A DNA stretch of 64,000 bases from Verrucomicrobiales bacterium (lineage in GTDB: Bacteria > Verrucomicrobiota > Verrucomicrobiia > Verrucomicrobiales > V1-33): contig JANOAV010000028.1 of the NCBI GenBank assembly GCA_031411295.1, positions 1 to 64,000 on the forward strand, read 5' to 3'. Below, in pieces: positions 29,502-41,900 of the stretch. The notes below the pieces were generated by a model. It had not been told where the DNA came from. It saw only the letters and a list, made by a program, of their open reading frames with translations, and ran no database searches. The position numbers and the translations under genes are program-made. Each line of letters starts with the position of its first letter. Positions within the stretch are counted from its first letter, which is position 1.

Positions 29502-32396
29502 TTACTCCCGGCTCCCCGGCATCAACTTCAGGTCCAGCACTTTGTCCCCCCGTTTCACGGACAACGCCGTTTCCTCACCGATCTTCAAGGCGGCCATGGT
29601 GTCGGTGTATTCATAGATGTTCTTGATGTCCTTCCCGGCCAGCTTCACGATGATATCCCCTGGCAGGACGCCGGCCTTGGCAGCTGGTCCGGTGGGGGCT
29701 ACTCCGCTGAGTTTGACCCCTTCAACATCCCCCTGGGAATAATCGGGAATGGTGCCCAGATAGACGCGGAAGCCACGACCGGTGGACTCCTGCGGTTTCT
29801 TCTGCTCCACATAATTCGGCACCACAGGATCGGTGGCCAGGTCCTTGGCGATCAATGCCGTGAGCTTCGCGATCTTGGCTGCGCCCGCATAATTGATCTT
29901 CTCCGCAGTGTCGGTTGGCTTGTGATAGTCTTCATGAGAACCTGTGAAAAGATTGAAAATGGGAACGCCGCGCAAGTAAAACGAGGTGGCATCCGTCGGC
30001 AGGAAGCAATCGTTCTGCGCCTGAATGCTCAAGCCCACTGCAACGTTTCTTCGCTCCAGGGCGCCCGACCAGTAGTCGCTGGAGCCCAAGCCCTGGATGA
30101 TCACACTGGTGCCCATGCGGCCGATCATATCCATGTTCAAATTCGCACAGAGCACATCATTGAGCTTGGCATTCTCATCGCCCTTGGCCTTGGCCAACTC
30201 CCGCACGTAGGCCGCCGACCCCAGCAGTCCTTCCTCTTCGCCTGACCAAGCGGCAAATAGGATCGGACGGGTTAGCTTCAGTTTGCCATCCTTGACCTGC
30301 CCACCCAGCCATTGGGCAATTTCCAATAATCCACCCACGCCGGAAGCGTTGTCGTCTGCGCCATGATGAATGTTGTTCTTGTCCGCTCCGGCGGCCAGGG
30401 AATCGGTGCCTCCACCATGACCCAAATGATCCACATGCGCCCCGATCAACACGGCGGGAGCTTCGTTGCCGGAAGGAATTTTCGCGATCACGTTGCGGCC
30501 GGTGCGCTTTTCCTGCTTGATGTCGATCTCCGCTCCCACCTTCAGACCGGGGATTTCGAAGCCCTGCACCAGATCTCCCTTATCCAGCGTCTCCTGCAAT
30601 TTCGCCAGATCCTTGCCTGCCATGGCCAGCCAATCCTTGGCCATGCCATCCGTGATGGAAATAGCCGCCACGCCAGATCCCGCCAGCGAGGCATCGAAGC
30701 CCAGCGGCACCAATTGATCCTGCACCTTGGCGCTCGGACCGCTCACGATAATAAGTCCCTTGGCTCCTTTCTCGCGCGCCAGCATCGCCTTCCGTCGCAG
30801 GCTGCTGTAGGGGAAGAAACGCACGCGCTCAGCCTGGGACATACCGTCCGGCAGATAACGCAACACCATCACCCACCGACCCTTCACATCGGCATGCACA
30901 TAACTGGCATATTCCTCGCCAGCCTTCCCGGACGCAGCTGGAACCTCCATGCCGTAACCGGCAAAGACCACCCCCATCGGATCCACTTTGCCAACTTGCG
31001 AAAACGACAGCGGAACCCAGTCGCGTTTCGTTTGCGGTGGAGCATTGGGATCATCGGCATTGGCGGACAACTTATTTCCCGCGCCTAACGCCACACCGGC
31101 CGTGAATTCAAAAGGCGCAAAGAACGTCCCGTCCTTGCCCGCAGGCAGGCAACCGTAGGACTTGAGTTGTTCCGCCACATAGGCTGTGGCCAATTGCTCG
31201 CCCTTCGTGCCCGTGAGCCGACCTTCCAGTTCATCGCTCGCCAGATAGGTGATATGCCGCTTCAGGTCCTCCGGGGAAATTTCATCCGTGCCCGCAATCG
31301 CTGGCTCCGCTGGAGCCCCCGGTTGCGCCAACCCCAGAGCCGTGCGCACCGCCTCGTCATTCCATTCGCTGAGGAAGATCTGCGAAGTCTTGTCGGCCGT
31401 TCGATTGCTCGTCCAAGTAAGCATTTTCCCGTCAGGCGAGAAACTTGCCAGACCATCGAATCCAGCCGTGGTGGTAACTCGGAGCGGTTCATGCTTTCCG
31501 GCTGCGTCCACCACGTAAAGCTCGAAATTATCAAAGCCGTGTTTGTTAGTAGTAAAGACGAGATACTCTCCGCTGGGATGATAAAATGGAGCCCAACTCA
31601 TGGCACCCACGCGAGTGATCTGCGTCTGCTCTGATCCATCCCGATTCATGGTCCAGATCTCTGCCCGATCCTCCTCTTCATTGAAGCGACGCCAGCAGAT
31701 CTTCTTGCCGTCCGCGCTGAAGAAGGCCCCGCCGTCATAACCCCGCACGTCCGTCAGGCGTTTCACCTCGGTGCCATCCGCGCGCATCGTGTAAATGTCC
31801 ATGAGCCACGAGCGCTGCCGCGTGAAATGTTCCTTTTCCTCGGGGGTTAGGTTCTCCGTGTAGGCATGGCGATTCGAGGAGAAGACAATCCATTGGCCGT
31901 CCCCGCTAATCGCACCCTCGGCATCGTAACCCAGCGTGTTGGTCAAATTCACCAGACCGGATCCATCCGCGTTGGCGCGCCACAGATCATAATTCTCATC
32001 GTAATCCCAGGAGTATCGCTTCTGCTTGCCTTCCGCCCGATCCTTAATTTCCGCCGCCTGCTTGGCCACCGCTTCACCATCCGCATGAGTGGAAGCAAAC
32101 ATCACGTGCTTGCCATCGGGAAAGATCCAACCGCAGGTCGTCTTGCCCTGGCCGGTCGAGACTCGGGTGGTATCGCCCGATTCCAAATCTAGCACATACA
32201 TCTGAAAGAACGGATTCGTGGCATCCCGTTCGCTCTGAAAGATCATTTTGCGACCATCCGCACTGAAATACCCCTCACCAGCCCGTTTGCCGGAAAAAGT
32301 TAGTTGGCGGATATCCCGCAGCCACGGTTCCCCAGTTTCCTCCGCAGAAACAGATCCCAGCAGCAGTCCGAATAACAAGAAATGATGAGCACGCAT
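29502..32396 (-). CDS. M28 aminopeptidase with TolB-like (PD40) propeller, PA and PDZ domains
   Basis: GEGYFSADG repeats; GAHVDHLG, GADDNASG, SGEEEGLLGS, NMDMIGR, YHKPTD; LGTIPDY PDZ; start ATG 32396. Confidence 0.93.
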   Translation of the reverse strand: MRAHHFLLFGLLLGSVSAEETGEPWLRDIRQLTFSGKRAGEGYFSADGRKMIFQSERDATNPFFQMYVLDLESGDTTRVSTGQGKTTCGWIFPDGKHVMFASTHADGEAVAKQAAEIKDRAEGKQKRYSWDYDENYDLWRANADGSGLVNLTNTLGYDAEGAISGDGQWIVFSSNRHAYTENLTPEEKEHFTRQRSWLMDIYTMRADGTEVKRLTDVRGYDGGAFFSADGKKICWRRFNEEEDRAEIWTMNRDGSEQTQITRVGAMSWAPFYHPSGEYLVFTTNKHGFDNFELYVVDAAGKHEPLRVTTTAGFDGLASFSPDGKMLTWTSNRTADKTSQIFLSEWNDEAVRTALGLAQPGAPAEPAIAGTDEISPEDLKRHITYLASDELEGRLTGTKGEQLATAYVAEQLKSYGCLPAGKDGTFFAPFEFTAGVALGAGNKLSANADDPNAPPQTKRDWVPLSFSQVGKVDPMGVVFAGYGMEVPAASGKAGEEYASYVHADVKGRWVMVLRYLPDGMSQAERVRFFPYSSLRRKAMLAREKGAKGLIIVSGPSAKVQDQLVPLGFDASLAGSGVAAISITDGMAKDWLAMAGKDLAKLQETLDKGDLVQGFEIPGLKVGAEIDIKQEKRTGRNVIAKIPSGNEAPAVLIGAHVDHLGHGGGTDSLAAGADKNNIHHGADDNASGVGGLLEIAQWLGGQVKDGKLKLTRPILFAAWSGEEEGLLGSAAYVRELAKAKGDENAKLNDVLCANLNMDMIGRMGTSVIIQGLGSSDYWSGALERRNVAVGLSIQAQNDCFLPTDATSFYLRGVPIFNLFTGSHEDYHKPTDTAEKINYAGAAKIAKLTALIAKDLATDPVVPNYVEQKKPQESTGRGFRVYLGTIPDYSQGDVEGVKLSGVAPTGPAAKAGVLPGDIIVKLAGKDIKNIYEYTDTMAALKIGEETALSVKRGDKVLDLKLMPGSRE

Positions 32397-32512
32397 GGCT
32401 GCAAGCGTAGCGTGGAGGAAACGGGGAGCAAGTTCCAACACGCGGAATTCGATTTTGCATGCCAGAAAGCGCAGGCTTGCAGAATCCTGTGCGCACTTCA
32501 CCGTGCGCCTTC

Positions 32513-33574
32513 ATGTTGTCCTCCCTTCGTCTGCGTAATTTCCGATGTTTCCCCACGCTCAGCTGCGCGCTGCCAGCGGGGACGTCGGTATTTATTGGCG
32601 AGAATGCGCAGGGGAAAACGTCCATTTTGGAAGCCGTCTGCGTCTTGCTGCGTCTCCAGAGCCCCCGCACTTCGCGTGCGGCGGAGATGGTGAAATTTGG
32701 CTATCCAGAGTTCGGAATTGCCGGCACTTGGGGAGATTTCGAACTTAAGCACACGCTCACCAACGGCATCCGCGAACTCTTCCTCGATGGTGTCGCCACA
32801 CCCAAAACCTCCCACTACCTGCAGGCCAGCGGCTTGGTCGTGTGGATGGGAAATGGAGATCTCGAGTTGATCACCGGCAGTGGGGAACCCCGTCGGCGGT
32901 ATCTGGATTTCCTTGGCGTGCAGTTGTTTCCTGAATATCGCGAGGCCTTGTCGCGCTATGACAAGGCGCTGCGGACGCGCAATTTCCTGCTGAAACGCGA
33001 CGCTTCGCCTAACTGGCAACAGATCGATGCCTACACGTCCATCCTCGTGGCGAATGGCGAAGTATTGACCGCCTTAAGAGCCCGCCTGGTGGGCGAACTC
33101 CAACCGCACGCTGCCGCCGCGCATAATGCCATCAGTGGCAAATCAGAGCAGTTACTCCTTTCCTATCACAATGCCAGTGGCGAAGATTTTCGACAAAGTT
33201 TGCAGCAGCGCAAAGAGCAGGAAGCCGCTCGTCGTGTGACCTTGGTGGGGCCGCATCGGGATGATCTCGTGCTAGCCGTGGATGAATTGCCCGCAGCCCA
33301 ATATGCCTCAGAAGGCCAGCAGCGCACCATTGCCCTCTCGTTGAAACTCGCGCAAGCCACGCTCCTAAGGGCCCAGCGGGAAATTGCCCCGGTTTTGCTG
33401 CTGGATGACATCTTCGGTGAACTGGACCCGCAGCGTCGCAATGCCCTGCTCCAAGCACTACCCAGCGATTCCCAGCGACTCATCACCACCACCCATCTGA
33501 ACTGGATGCACGAATCGTTCGTGCCCGAGATCATTTACGAAGTGCATCATGGGATAGTCAAAGCGATGGCATAA
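32513..33574 (+). CDS. recF: DNA replication/repair protein RecF
   Basis: LRNFR, GENAQGKTSILEA, GPHRDD, ASEGQQRT, LLLDDIFGELD; start ATG 32513. Confidence 0.96.
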   Translation: MLSSLRLRNFRCFPTLSCALPAGTSVFIGENAQGKTSILEAVCVLLRLQSPRTSRAAEMVKFGYPEFGIAGTWGDFELKHTLTNGIRELFLDGVATPKTSHYLQASGLVVWMGNGDLELITGSGEPRRRYLDFLGVQLFPEYREALSRYDKALRTRNFLLKRDASPNWQQIDAYTSILVANGEVLTALRARLVGELQPHAAAAHNAISGKSEQLLLSYHNASGEDFRQSLQQRKEQEAARRVTLVGPHRDDLVLAVDELPAAQYASEGQQRTIALSLKLAQATLLRAQREIAPVLLLDDIFGELDPQRRNALLQALPSDSQRLITTTHLNWMHESFVPEIIYEVHHGIVKAMA

Positions 33575-33634
33575 ATTCTGTAAAAACTTTTGCTTCCCTT
33601 GGAAAAGCTATGGAATTAAAAAGCGTTCATCGCT

Positions 33635-35839
33635 ATGAAAAATAAATTATGCCTGCCCTCGCAGCAAACGGTGTCCAGTTGTTTGGTTGCTACCATCCTG
33701 CTCGCTGGATTGCGGATAGCTCCCCACGCCTTGGCGGTGGATGTAATCCCATCCATTTCGAAAGGCAGCATCGCCATCAAATTGCGGACCGTGGCCTCGG
33801 GCTTGGCGGCACCTGACTATGCCATCAGTCCGCCAGGCGATACCACACGGCTGTTCGTGCTGGAGCAGAAGGGCCAAATCTTGATTGTCCAAAATGGGGT
33901 GCTGTTGAGCACCCCGGCGTTGAATATCCAGAGCCTGGTGTCCCCGCCGCTAGTCATCACGAACGCCAACGACGAACGCGGCTTGCTGGGCCTGGCCTTT
34001 CATCCGGGCTTCAATGTTTCCACAAGCCCGGGGTATCGCACACTTTACACCTACAACAGCCAACCGATTCCCGTCGGGGTGACCCCCACTTATGTGGCCC
34101 CCAACAATGCCAGCCAGGGATATATGAACGCCATCAACGAATGGAAAGTGAGCGCTACCGATCCAAATGTGATCGATCCACTCTCGCGTCGTGAAATCAT
34201 GACCTTCGGTAAAAATGCCAACAATCACAACGGCGGCACCATCGCCTTCGGTCCGGAGGGCTATTTGTATCTGGGCCTGGGGGACGGGGGGAATGCCAAT
34301 GATGTGGGGGCTAGCCACATCGAGCCGGGCGGCAATGCACAGAATCTTACCACTCCCATGGGGAAAATGTTGCGCCTCAATCCTTTGCTGCCCAGCTTGA
34401 ATCCCACCAGTCCAGATCCGGTTAGCAGCAATGGGCAATACCGCATTCCCACGACGAATCCATTCCAGGCGGCAGGTCAGGTGAAGGAGACTTTCGCGCT
34501 CGGGCTGCGGAATCCCTATCGATTCTCCTTCCATCCCAACGGAGATCTGATAGTGGCGGATGTGGGGCAGAATAATGTCGAGGAGATCGACCGTGTCGTG
34601 TTGGGAGGAAACTACGGTTGGCCGATCAAAGAAGGAGATTTTCTGTTCAATCGGGTGACTGGGCCGGGTGGGGCCGCCGGCACCGTGGGCGCCCGCAGCG
34701 TGGGTGTCCCAGCCGGATTGATCGATCCCATTGCGGGATTTGCGGGTGCGTTAGAATACGATCACGAGGACGGCATTTCCATCACGGGAGGCTTCGTTTA
34801 CCGCGGCAGTTTGCTGCCGGAATTGGTAGGGAAATACGTTTTTGGAGATCTGGCCCTGCGCAACGCTCCGCCTCGCGTGGACGGGCGCTTGTTTTACGCG
34901 GATCTGACGAATGGGAAAATTACGGAATTTCTGCTGCCACAATTTGCCACTGGGATCCTGCCGAACGGACTCACCGTGCATGGTTTTGGTGAGGACGGAA
35001 AGGGTGAACTCTATGTGCTCGCCACCAACACCGCTTCCAGCGGCACGGGCGGTATTATTTATGCCATCGAACGCGCCCCCATCATCTGGAGCGGCCCTGC
35101 CATCAGCTTCAGCAAAGCCGCCAATGCGGATTGGACACAGCCGCAGAATCAGGATCGGTTAACGGATAAGGTTTGGATCACCCGAGCCAGCACGCAGGGG
35201 CTTTTCAACCTCAACACCGAATCCAGTTTTACCCATAACTCCAGCCCCCTTGATACCGCATGGGCCTACGGCACCACCGCCAACTACGACACGCTAACAT
35301 ACACCAATTGGGAAACCTGGACGGGCGGAGGTGGCGGTGGCCCACCCAGCACCGTGGGCAAGGACGCGGTGGTCCATTTGATTAGTGAGGACATTTACCT
35401 CGATCTCAAATTCACGGCCTGGGGCGGCAGCGGAGGCCAGTTTTCCTACACGCGTTCCACCCCGATCCTAACTGCGCTGGAAACATGGCGTCAGCAGTAT
35501 TTCAATACTTACTCCAATAGTGGAAATGCGGCCGATGCCGCTGATTCCGACCAGGATGGTCTCAGTAATCTCATCGAATACGCCTTCGGCATGAATCCGA
35601 CTGACGGAGGCAACCGAACCCTGCCCCAACCCCAACTCCAGCCTGGCGGATTCACCGTGACCTTCACCCAGCCCGCAGGAGTCACCGGCCTCAATTACTA
35701 CGCCGAATGGAGCGCTTCACTGGCACCAGACAGTTGGACTAGCGTGCCAGATACTGGGGTTGGCACGACTCACACGTTCACCGTATCCACCCTGAGCAAA
35801 CCAAGAGTCCTGCTGCGTTTCCGCGTGGCGGTCCATTGA
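33635..35839 (+). CDS. Secreted PQQ-dependent sugar dehydrogenase (GSDH/sGDH family) with two C-terminal accessory domains
   Basis: ERGLLGLAFHP, NHNGGTIAFG, GLRNPYRFSF, DVGQNNVEEID, GNYGWP, SITGGFVYRG. Confidence 0.9.
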   Translation: MKNKLCLPSQQTVSSCLVATILLAGLRIAPHALAVDVIPSISKGSIAIKLRTVASGLAAPDYAISPPGDTTRLFVLEQKGQILIVQNGVLLSTPALNIQSLVSPPLVITNANDERGLLGLAFHPGFNVSTSPGYRTLYTYNSQPIPVGVTPTYVAPNNASQGYMNAINEWKVSATDPNVIDPLSRREIMTFGKNANNHNGGTIAFGPEGYLYLGLGDGGNANDVGASHIEPGGNAQNLTTPMGKMLRLNPLLPSLNPTSPDPVSSNGQYRIPTTNPFQAAGQVKETFALGLRNPYRFSFHPNGDLIVADVGQNNVEEIDRVVLGGNYGWPIKEGDFLFNRVTGPGGAAGTVGARSVGVPAGLIDPIAGFAGALEYDHEDGISITGGFVYRGSLLPELVGKYVFGDLALRNAPPRVDGRLFYADLTNGKITEFLLPQFATGILPNGLTVHGFGEDGKGELYVLATNTASSGTGGIIYAIERAPIIWSGPAISFSKAANADWTQPQNQDRLTDKVWITRASTQGLFNLNTESSFTHNSSPLDTAWAYGTTANYDTLTYTNWETWTGGGGGGPPSTVGKDAVVHLISEDIYLDLKFTAWGGSGGQFSYTRSTPILTALETWRQQYFNTYSNSGNAADAADSDQDGLSNLIEYAFGMNPTDGGNRTLPQPQLQPGGFTVTFTQPAGVTGLNYYAEWSASLAPDSWTSVPDTGVGTTHTFTVSTLSKPRVLLRFRVAVH

Positions 35840-35959
35840 ATCCGAGCGTGGAAGCAGTCGACTGGACTGCTTGACTGAAAATTTACAGAACCTCAATGAA
35901 AACAATAGGCAGTTGGCGCTGATTCTGGTAGATTACCGACTCCCTCCAGCTTCCTCTTC

Positions 35960-38900
35960 ATGCGTTTCTCTCATCCGACCACTCGGCGGGCCCTCGTCGG
36001 CGCGTCAATTCTTGCTCTTGGCTCCATCGCTTGGTGGATTGCTAGTCCGCGTTTTACCGTTACTGTCGAGCCGGTATCCATGGTGCCTGAAACGGTGTCT
36101 GCGGTTACTGTGGCTCCAGAAATCTCAGTGGCACCAACGCCTCAGCAACTGGGCGTTCCCGGCACGAAGACAGCAACTCAGTCAGCTATGACTTCATTTA
36201 CGGAGTGGGCGCAGACGTTTCGGGCGATGGAAGATCCAGCGCAGCGGGAAACCTTGATCCCGGCGGGGAGGGCCTTGGCGGCGGAGCGTCGGCCGGTATT
36301 TAAGGCGTTGATAAAATCTGATCCGCGGGCGGCCTTGCAGGCGGCGGTGCCGATGGTGGTGCGGCAAAGTTTGCCGGGGGAAATTCTGGAGTTGCTGGAG
36401 GAGCGCGTGAACGATCGGGGGACGCTGCGGGTTTATTCCGGAGTCGGGCCGAACAACGCAGGCCCAGTGCCCACGGTGCGAATCGCGGAGACGCAGCATG
36501 GGAAAACTTACCAAGCGTTTGTCTATGGCCGACGCTTGGAATCGATTCTGTGGACGGCGGGTGCTTCGTTGAATGGGGTGGCAGTGGACGAGGCGATGGC
36601 AGTCAATGAGGATCCGTTTCGCACTTTGGAAATTGGCGAAAAGCCTGATCCAGAGAAAGTGCAGGTCTCCGTGTGCCCCGTTTCCGGCAAGGACACTCTA
36701 ACCGATGAGCAGAAGGAAGCGCGCGAACCCATTGTGGAGGAAACCCCAGCGATTGAGGCTTTCGGGGAGATCGTTTATTTGTGCAATGGTTCCCACGCGG
36801 TGATTTACCGGGAGCAATTGCTTTATGCGGAAGGTGGCTCCGGTGGCGCGACGACGTTTACGGGGATTCTCCCAGCGGCTCCGACACCATCGATTGGGAA
36901 CATTCGGGTGCTAGTCATTCCGATGACCTTTGCGGATCAGAACGATACCCAGAGCAGCGAATCCGCGCTCTACACGATGATGCGGAATGTGGGGGAACAT
37001 TATGCTTTGGCGTCCTATGGTAAAATGACGCTGGCTACCACGGTGTGTCCGCCAGTGAAGGTGGAGCATGATGAAGCGTGGTATATCCAGAAGGATTCTT
37101 CCAATGGCGGACCCATTGATGGACTGGGGCAGGAGCATAGTCATGCGCGGGCGGAGGCGCGGAAGATTGGTTTCGATGATGAGGAATATGATTGTGTGGT
37201 GGTGCGCTTGAAAGGCGGAGCACGGCCTGCGGGCGGCTGGGGCGGCGGCAAAAGCGTCTGGATCTATGGCGATGGCGTGGATGTTACCGCACATGAGATC
37301 GGCCACGTGTTCGGCTTGTTGCACGCTAACTTTTGGGACACCGCAGGCACCAGCGCGATTGGTTCGGGCGCGAACGAAGAGTATGGCGGGCATTTCGATG
37401 TCATGGGTGGCGTGGGCTTGCCGAAGGGGCACTACAATGCGCAGGCAAAGAATCAGATTCGGTGGCTGCCAAACGAATTTGTCAGCGAGGTTACCGCCAG
37501 CGGAACCTATCGGATCCATGCGCAGGACCAGCCCATTTTGAATCCCTCGGAGCGGTTCGCGCTGAAGATTCGCAAGGATGCCGCCCGCACTTACTGGGGC
37601 GAGTTGCGCGGCCTGTATGAAGGCGTGGCTTCGATGCCCTGGGCGGATCAAGGGTTGATTCTGGGTTGGAAATATCCCAGTGGCAGCGGCAGTAACATCC
37701 AACTCATCGATACCACGCCCGGCACGTCCTTCGGGAAGGATGACGCTCCGATCAGCCTGGGAAGGACGTTCAGCGACCTGGAGGCGGGAATTCACGTCAC
37801 CACCATTGGGGTGAATCGAGCGACTAGCACAACGAGCAAATCGGTGGACGTCGTGGTCAATTTAGGTTCGTTTCCCACCAATCGGCTACCCGTTCTGACG
37901 CTCGCGGCCAGCGCCACCGTCGTGCCCACCGGGGTTCCAGTAACCTTTATGGCCACGGCTTCAGATCCTGATGGAGATGCCCTGGCTTATGCCTGGCAGC
38001 ACTTTGGCGATGGCAGTTATTACTCCGCGGGACCAAATGCGGCTACCACGACGCGCAGTTTTCCCACTGCGGGGACTTATGTGGTGAGTTGCACCGTGTC
38101 GGACATGAAAGGCGGCTCGGTCATCCGCAGTCAACTGATTACGGTGGGCAATGGCGGCGGGCGCTTCACGCTTAGTGGTCTGGTGACGCGTAATGGTCAG
38201 GGCTTGGGAAATGTGATCGTCCAAGCGAACAGCGCGAATGCCGTCATCACGGACAGTGCAGGGCGCTACACGATGCCGAATTTGCCAGCAGCGACGTATG
38301 TGGTCACGGCGGCACTTTATGGTTATACGTTCACAGAGCTGTTCAATAACAATATTACGCTGGGGCCCAGTTTTGCTGGAGCTGACTTCGAAGCGGGGGC
38401 CACATCCCGGGTCTCCATTGCTGTCATCACGCCCACCACAGATGAAGGCAGCAGCACACCGGCTGTGGTTAGGCTGTCGCGCACGGGAGATGCCTCCCTG
38501 CCGCTCACGGTAAATTTCACGGCGGTAACGGGCACGGCCTCCACGGGTGATTACGCACTGGTTCCCGCCATGGGCAGCGGATCGCAGGGGATGATCACGC
38601 AGACGATTCCTGCTGGCGCGGCGGACTTGGACGTGTTGCTGAATTCGACGGTGGATACGACGCCAGAAGGACCGGAAACTGTCATCCTGCAGTTGGTGGG
38701 TGGAGCCGGTTATCTGGTGGAGAGCGCCGGGCAAGTGACGTTAACGATCCTGGATGACGATACCTCATTGCCAAGCGTGGGCGTGGTGGCATCGGTTCCC
38801 AAGATGGAGGAAGGTAGCGCAGTGCTAGGTGAGGTGACCTTTAGCCGTTCCGCCAATCCGTCCGCCGCACTCACGGTGAATTACACCCTGAGTGGCAGCG

Positions 38901-41900
38901 CGACGAGCGGCAGTGATTTCGTTCCGCTTAGTGGCACCGCCACCTTCGCTTCAGGATCGGCCACACTGGCAGTTCCGATCACTTCGATCAACGACAGCAT
39001 TTCCGAATCCCTGGAAACGATCGTCATTTCCCTAACACCGAATGCGGCTTATTTAAATATGCCCACCGCATCCAGCGCCAGCGTTAGTGTGATCGATGAC
39101 GATGTGCAAGTCGTGTCCGTTATCGCAAGCGATGCGTCCGCCAAAGAAAAGGATTTATCAGTGGCGGGAACGGCGGCTGATACGGGCACGTTTCTGATTT
39201 CCCGGACGGGGGATACCTCGCAGGCGCTGACAGTGTTCTACGCCATGGCCGGGCCATCCACGGGCGTTGCCACTGCGCTGCATGGTGCGGACTATGAAGA
39301 GTTGCCGGGTTCCATCGTGATTCCGGCGGGGCAGACTTCCGCCGCAGTCACCATCATTCCGCGCTTCGATGGAATTGGCGAGAGTCAGGAAAGTGTCTTC
39401 CTGCAACTGGGGGCCGGGCCGACGAATTATCGTCTCGGAACGCAGAACTCGGCATCACTCACCATTGATGATGCGGAGGGCTCCGTGCCTTATGTGGAGG
39501 TGTTGGGAGTGGACAATGCCATCGAAGGAGCCACGCCGACAAATGGGCGTTTCCGTTTCTCCGTGAAGGGTTCATCCACCGCTTCTGTGACGGTCAATTA
39601 TACAGTTAGTGGCACTGCCACCTCAGGCGTGGATTACACGGCATTAAGCGGGTCAGTGATCATTCCTGGCAATGGTATCAACACTTCGGAAATCACGGTG
39701 GTGCCAATTAATGATGCGCTGGCGGAGGATCTGGAAACGGTCATCCTGACGATCACCCCATCCGCCAGTTATCAAATCTTCGGCCCATCCAGCACCGCCA
39801 CGGCATGGCTCTATGATGACGAGGTGCCGACCGTCTTCGTGGATGCTAACGTGAATGCCTATCCGCCCACCCTGACAGAAAATGGCACCGGGGGCACGTT
39901 CTACGTTTCCCGCACCGGCAGCACGACAGCAGCATTGACAGTCAATTACACGCTCTCCGGCACCGCCATAAGCGGCACCGATTACACGGCCCCGAGCGGT
40001 TCTGTTACCATAGCGGCCGGAGCCAAAGGGGCTGACATTCAGATCACACCCATCAATGATGCCGTAGCGGAGGGCGCGGAAACGATCATCATTACGCTGA
40101 CGGATGGAGGGGGCTACAGCACTGGTCCCACGGCCACGTATTACCTCACAGATGATGAAGCTCCCACCACCACGGTGGCCTTTGCTTCTGCTGGGACCAA
40201 GGCCTTGGAAAATGTCGGCACCATTTCCATTCCGGTTACATTGAGTGCGGCTGCCACCTCGCCTGTCACGGTAGAGTATCTGGTGAACACGGCGGCCCGG
40301 GATACCAGTGTGGCCACGGGCACGCCGCCCTCACTGTTGCCTTACTGGGTAAGGTGTGAACGCGTGGGAAATGTAATTTCCGGAATGATCTCGCCAGATG
40401 GGGTGAGCTGGACAACGGTTAGCACACAGACGGTCAGCGTGCCTTCGGCTAGTTACATGGCCGGGTTGTGCGTCAATTCTTATAACACGACGACCCTCAG
40501 CACGGCCACCTTTGACAACGTCAGCATTTCTAACTTATCCGCTGGAGGGACGCAGGGCGCACGCACGGGTGCCAATTTGGGAACAACGAGTGTAGTCGGT
40601 TCATCCAGCGTGGCTGGCAGCGTTTACACAGTAGCCGGTGCTGGCGACAATGTGGAAGGCACGACGGATCAAGGTTACTACACCTACTGGCCGATCACAA
40701 ATTCGGCAAACTGCACGATCACAGCCCGAGTCTTGTCCCAAAGCAATACGAACGCGCTCGGCACAGCCGGCGTCATGATTCGGGAGAGTATCACAAACAA
40801 CGTGCGACGTGGCTTCATGGCAGCCACGCCCTCCAGCGGATTCGAGTATCACTATCGCACCGCCGTGGCCGCGGCGGAAGCAAAGGTAACGTCGGCAGGA
40901 TCGCCAACGCCTTTCTGGGCTAGGATTCAGCGCGTGGGCGATGTCCTCACGGCATCAACCTCGAGCGATGGGACCAATTGGAATACCGTCGGCAGTCCGC
41001 AAACGATGCCGATGGGAACGGAAGTTTGGGCGGGATTGGCGGCTTCGTCACAGGACGATACGGTGTTCTGTCATGCGGTGTTTGATAACACCACCCTAAC
41101 TCCCGGGCCACTGCCAGCGTTGCAAGGACGGACCATTGGATTCTCTGGGCTCCAGGGATCGGCCAACCAAGCGGGGGGCGTGTGGACCGTGGAGGGAGCC
41201 GCGGCAGGCGTGAATGGAACCAATGACGATTGCTTTGCTGCCGTCGCTCCCATCAGCGGGGACTTCACGTTGGTAACGCGCGTCGTTTCGGCCACGGGCG
41301 GATCTGCTCCGCAAGCCGGTTTGCTGGTGCGCGAATCGCTGTCGCGTCGAGCGCGTTCGTTCTTTGTGGATGCTTCCCCCGGAGCCACACCAGAGCTGTC
41401 CTGGCGGGCGCAAACTTCCACTTCAGCCAATGGCGTGGGCGTGGATTACAATTTGACGCAGGGGGTGCTAACGTTCCCTGCTGGATCCACTGAGCAATCA
41501 ATTTCGCTGAATATCATCAACGATACGATGTCGGAGCCGGATGAAACCATCAGCCTGCAACTCCGTTTTGCCAATGGCGTGACGCTGGGGACGCAGAAGG
41601 AATTCAACGTTTCCATTGTGGATGATGACACGCCGCCGGTGCTGCCGTTCGTTGGCTTTGGCGCGGAAACAAGTAACCCGCAGGAGTCCATCGGCACCGC
41701 GTTAGTGCCATTGACGCTGAGTGTGCCGACTGCCAGCACGGTCACGGTAAATTACGCGGTGACCGCCGGGACCGCCACGGCAGATGATTTCACAGCTGCC
41801 ACGGGCACGGTGACTTTTCCGCCCGGATCTACCACGCAGTTCATTGCGGTGGCGATAACTGATGATGCGGTGATTGAAAATGGTGAGACGGTGTTGCTGG

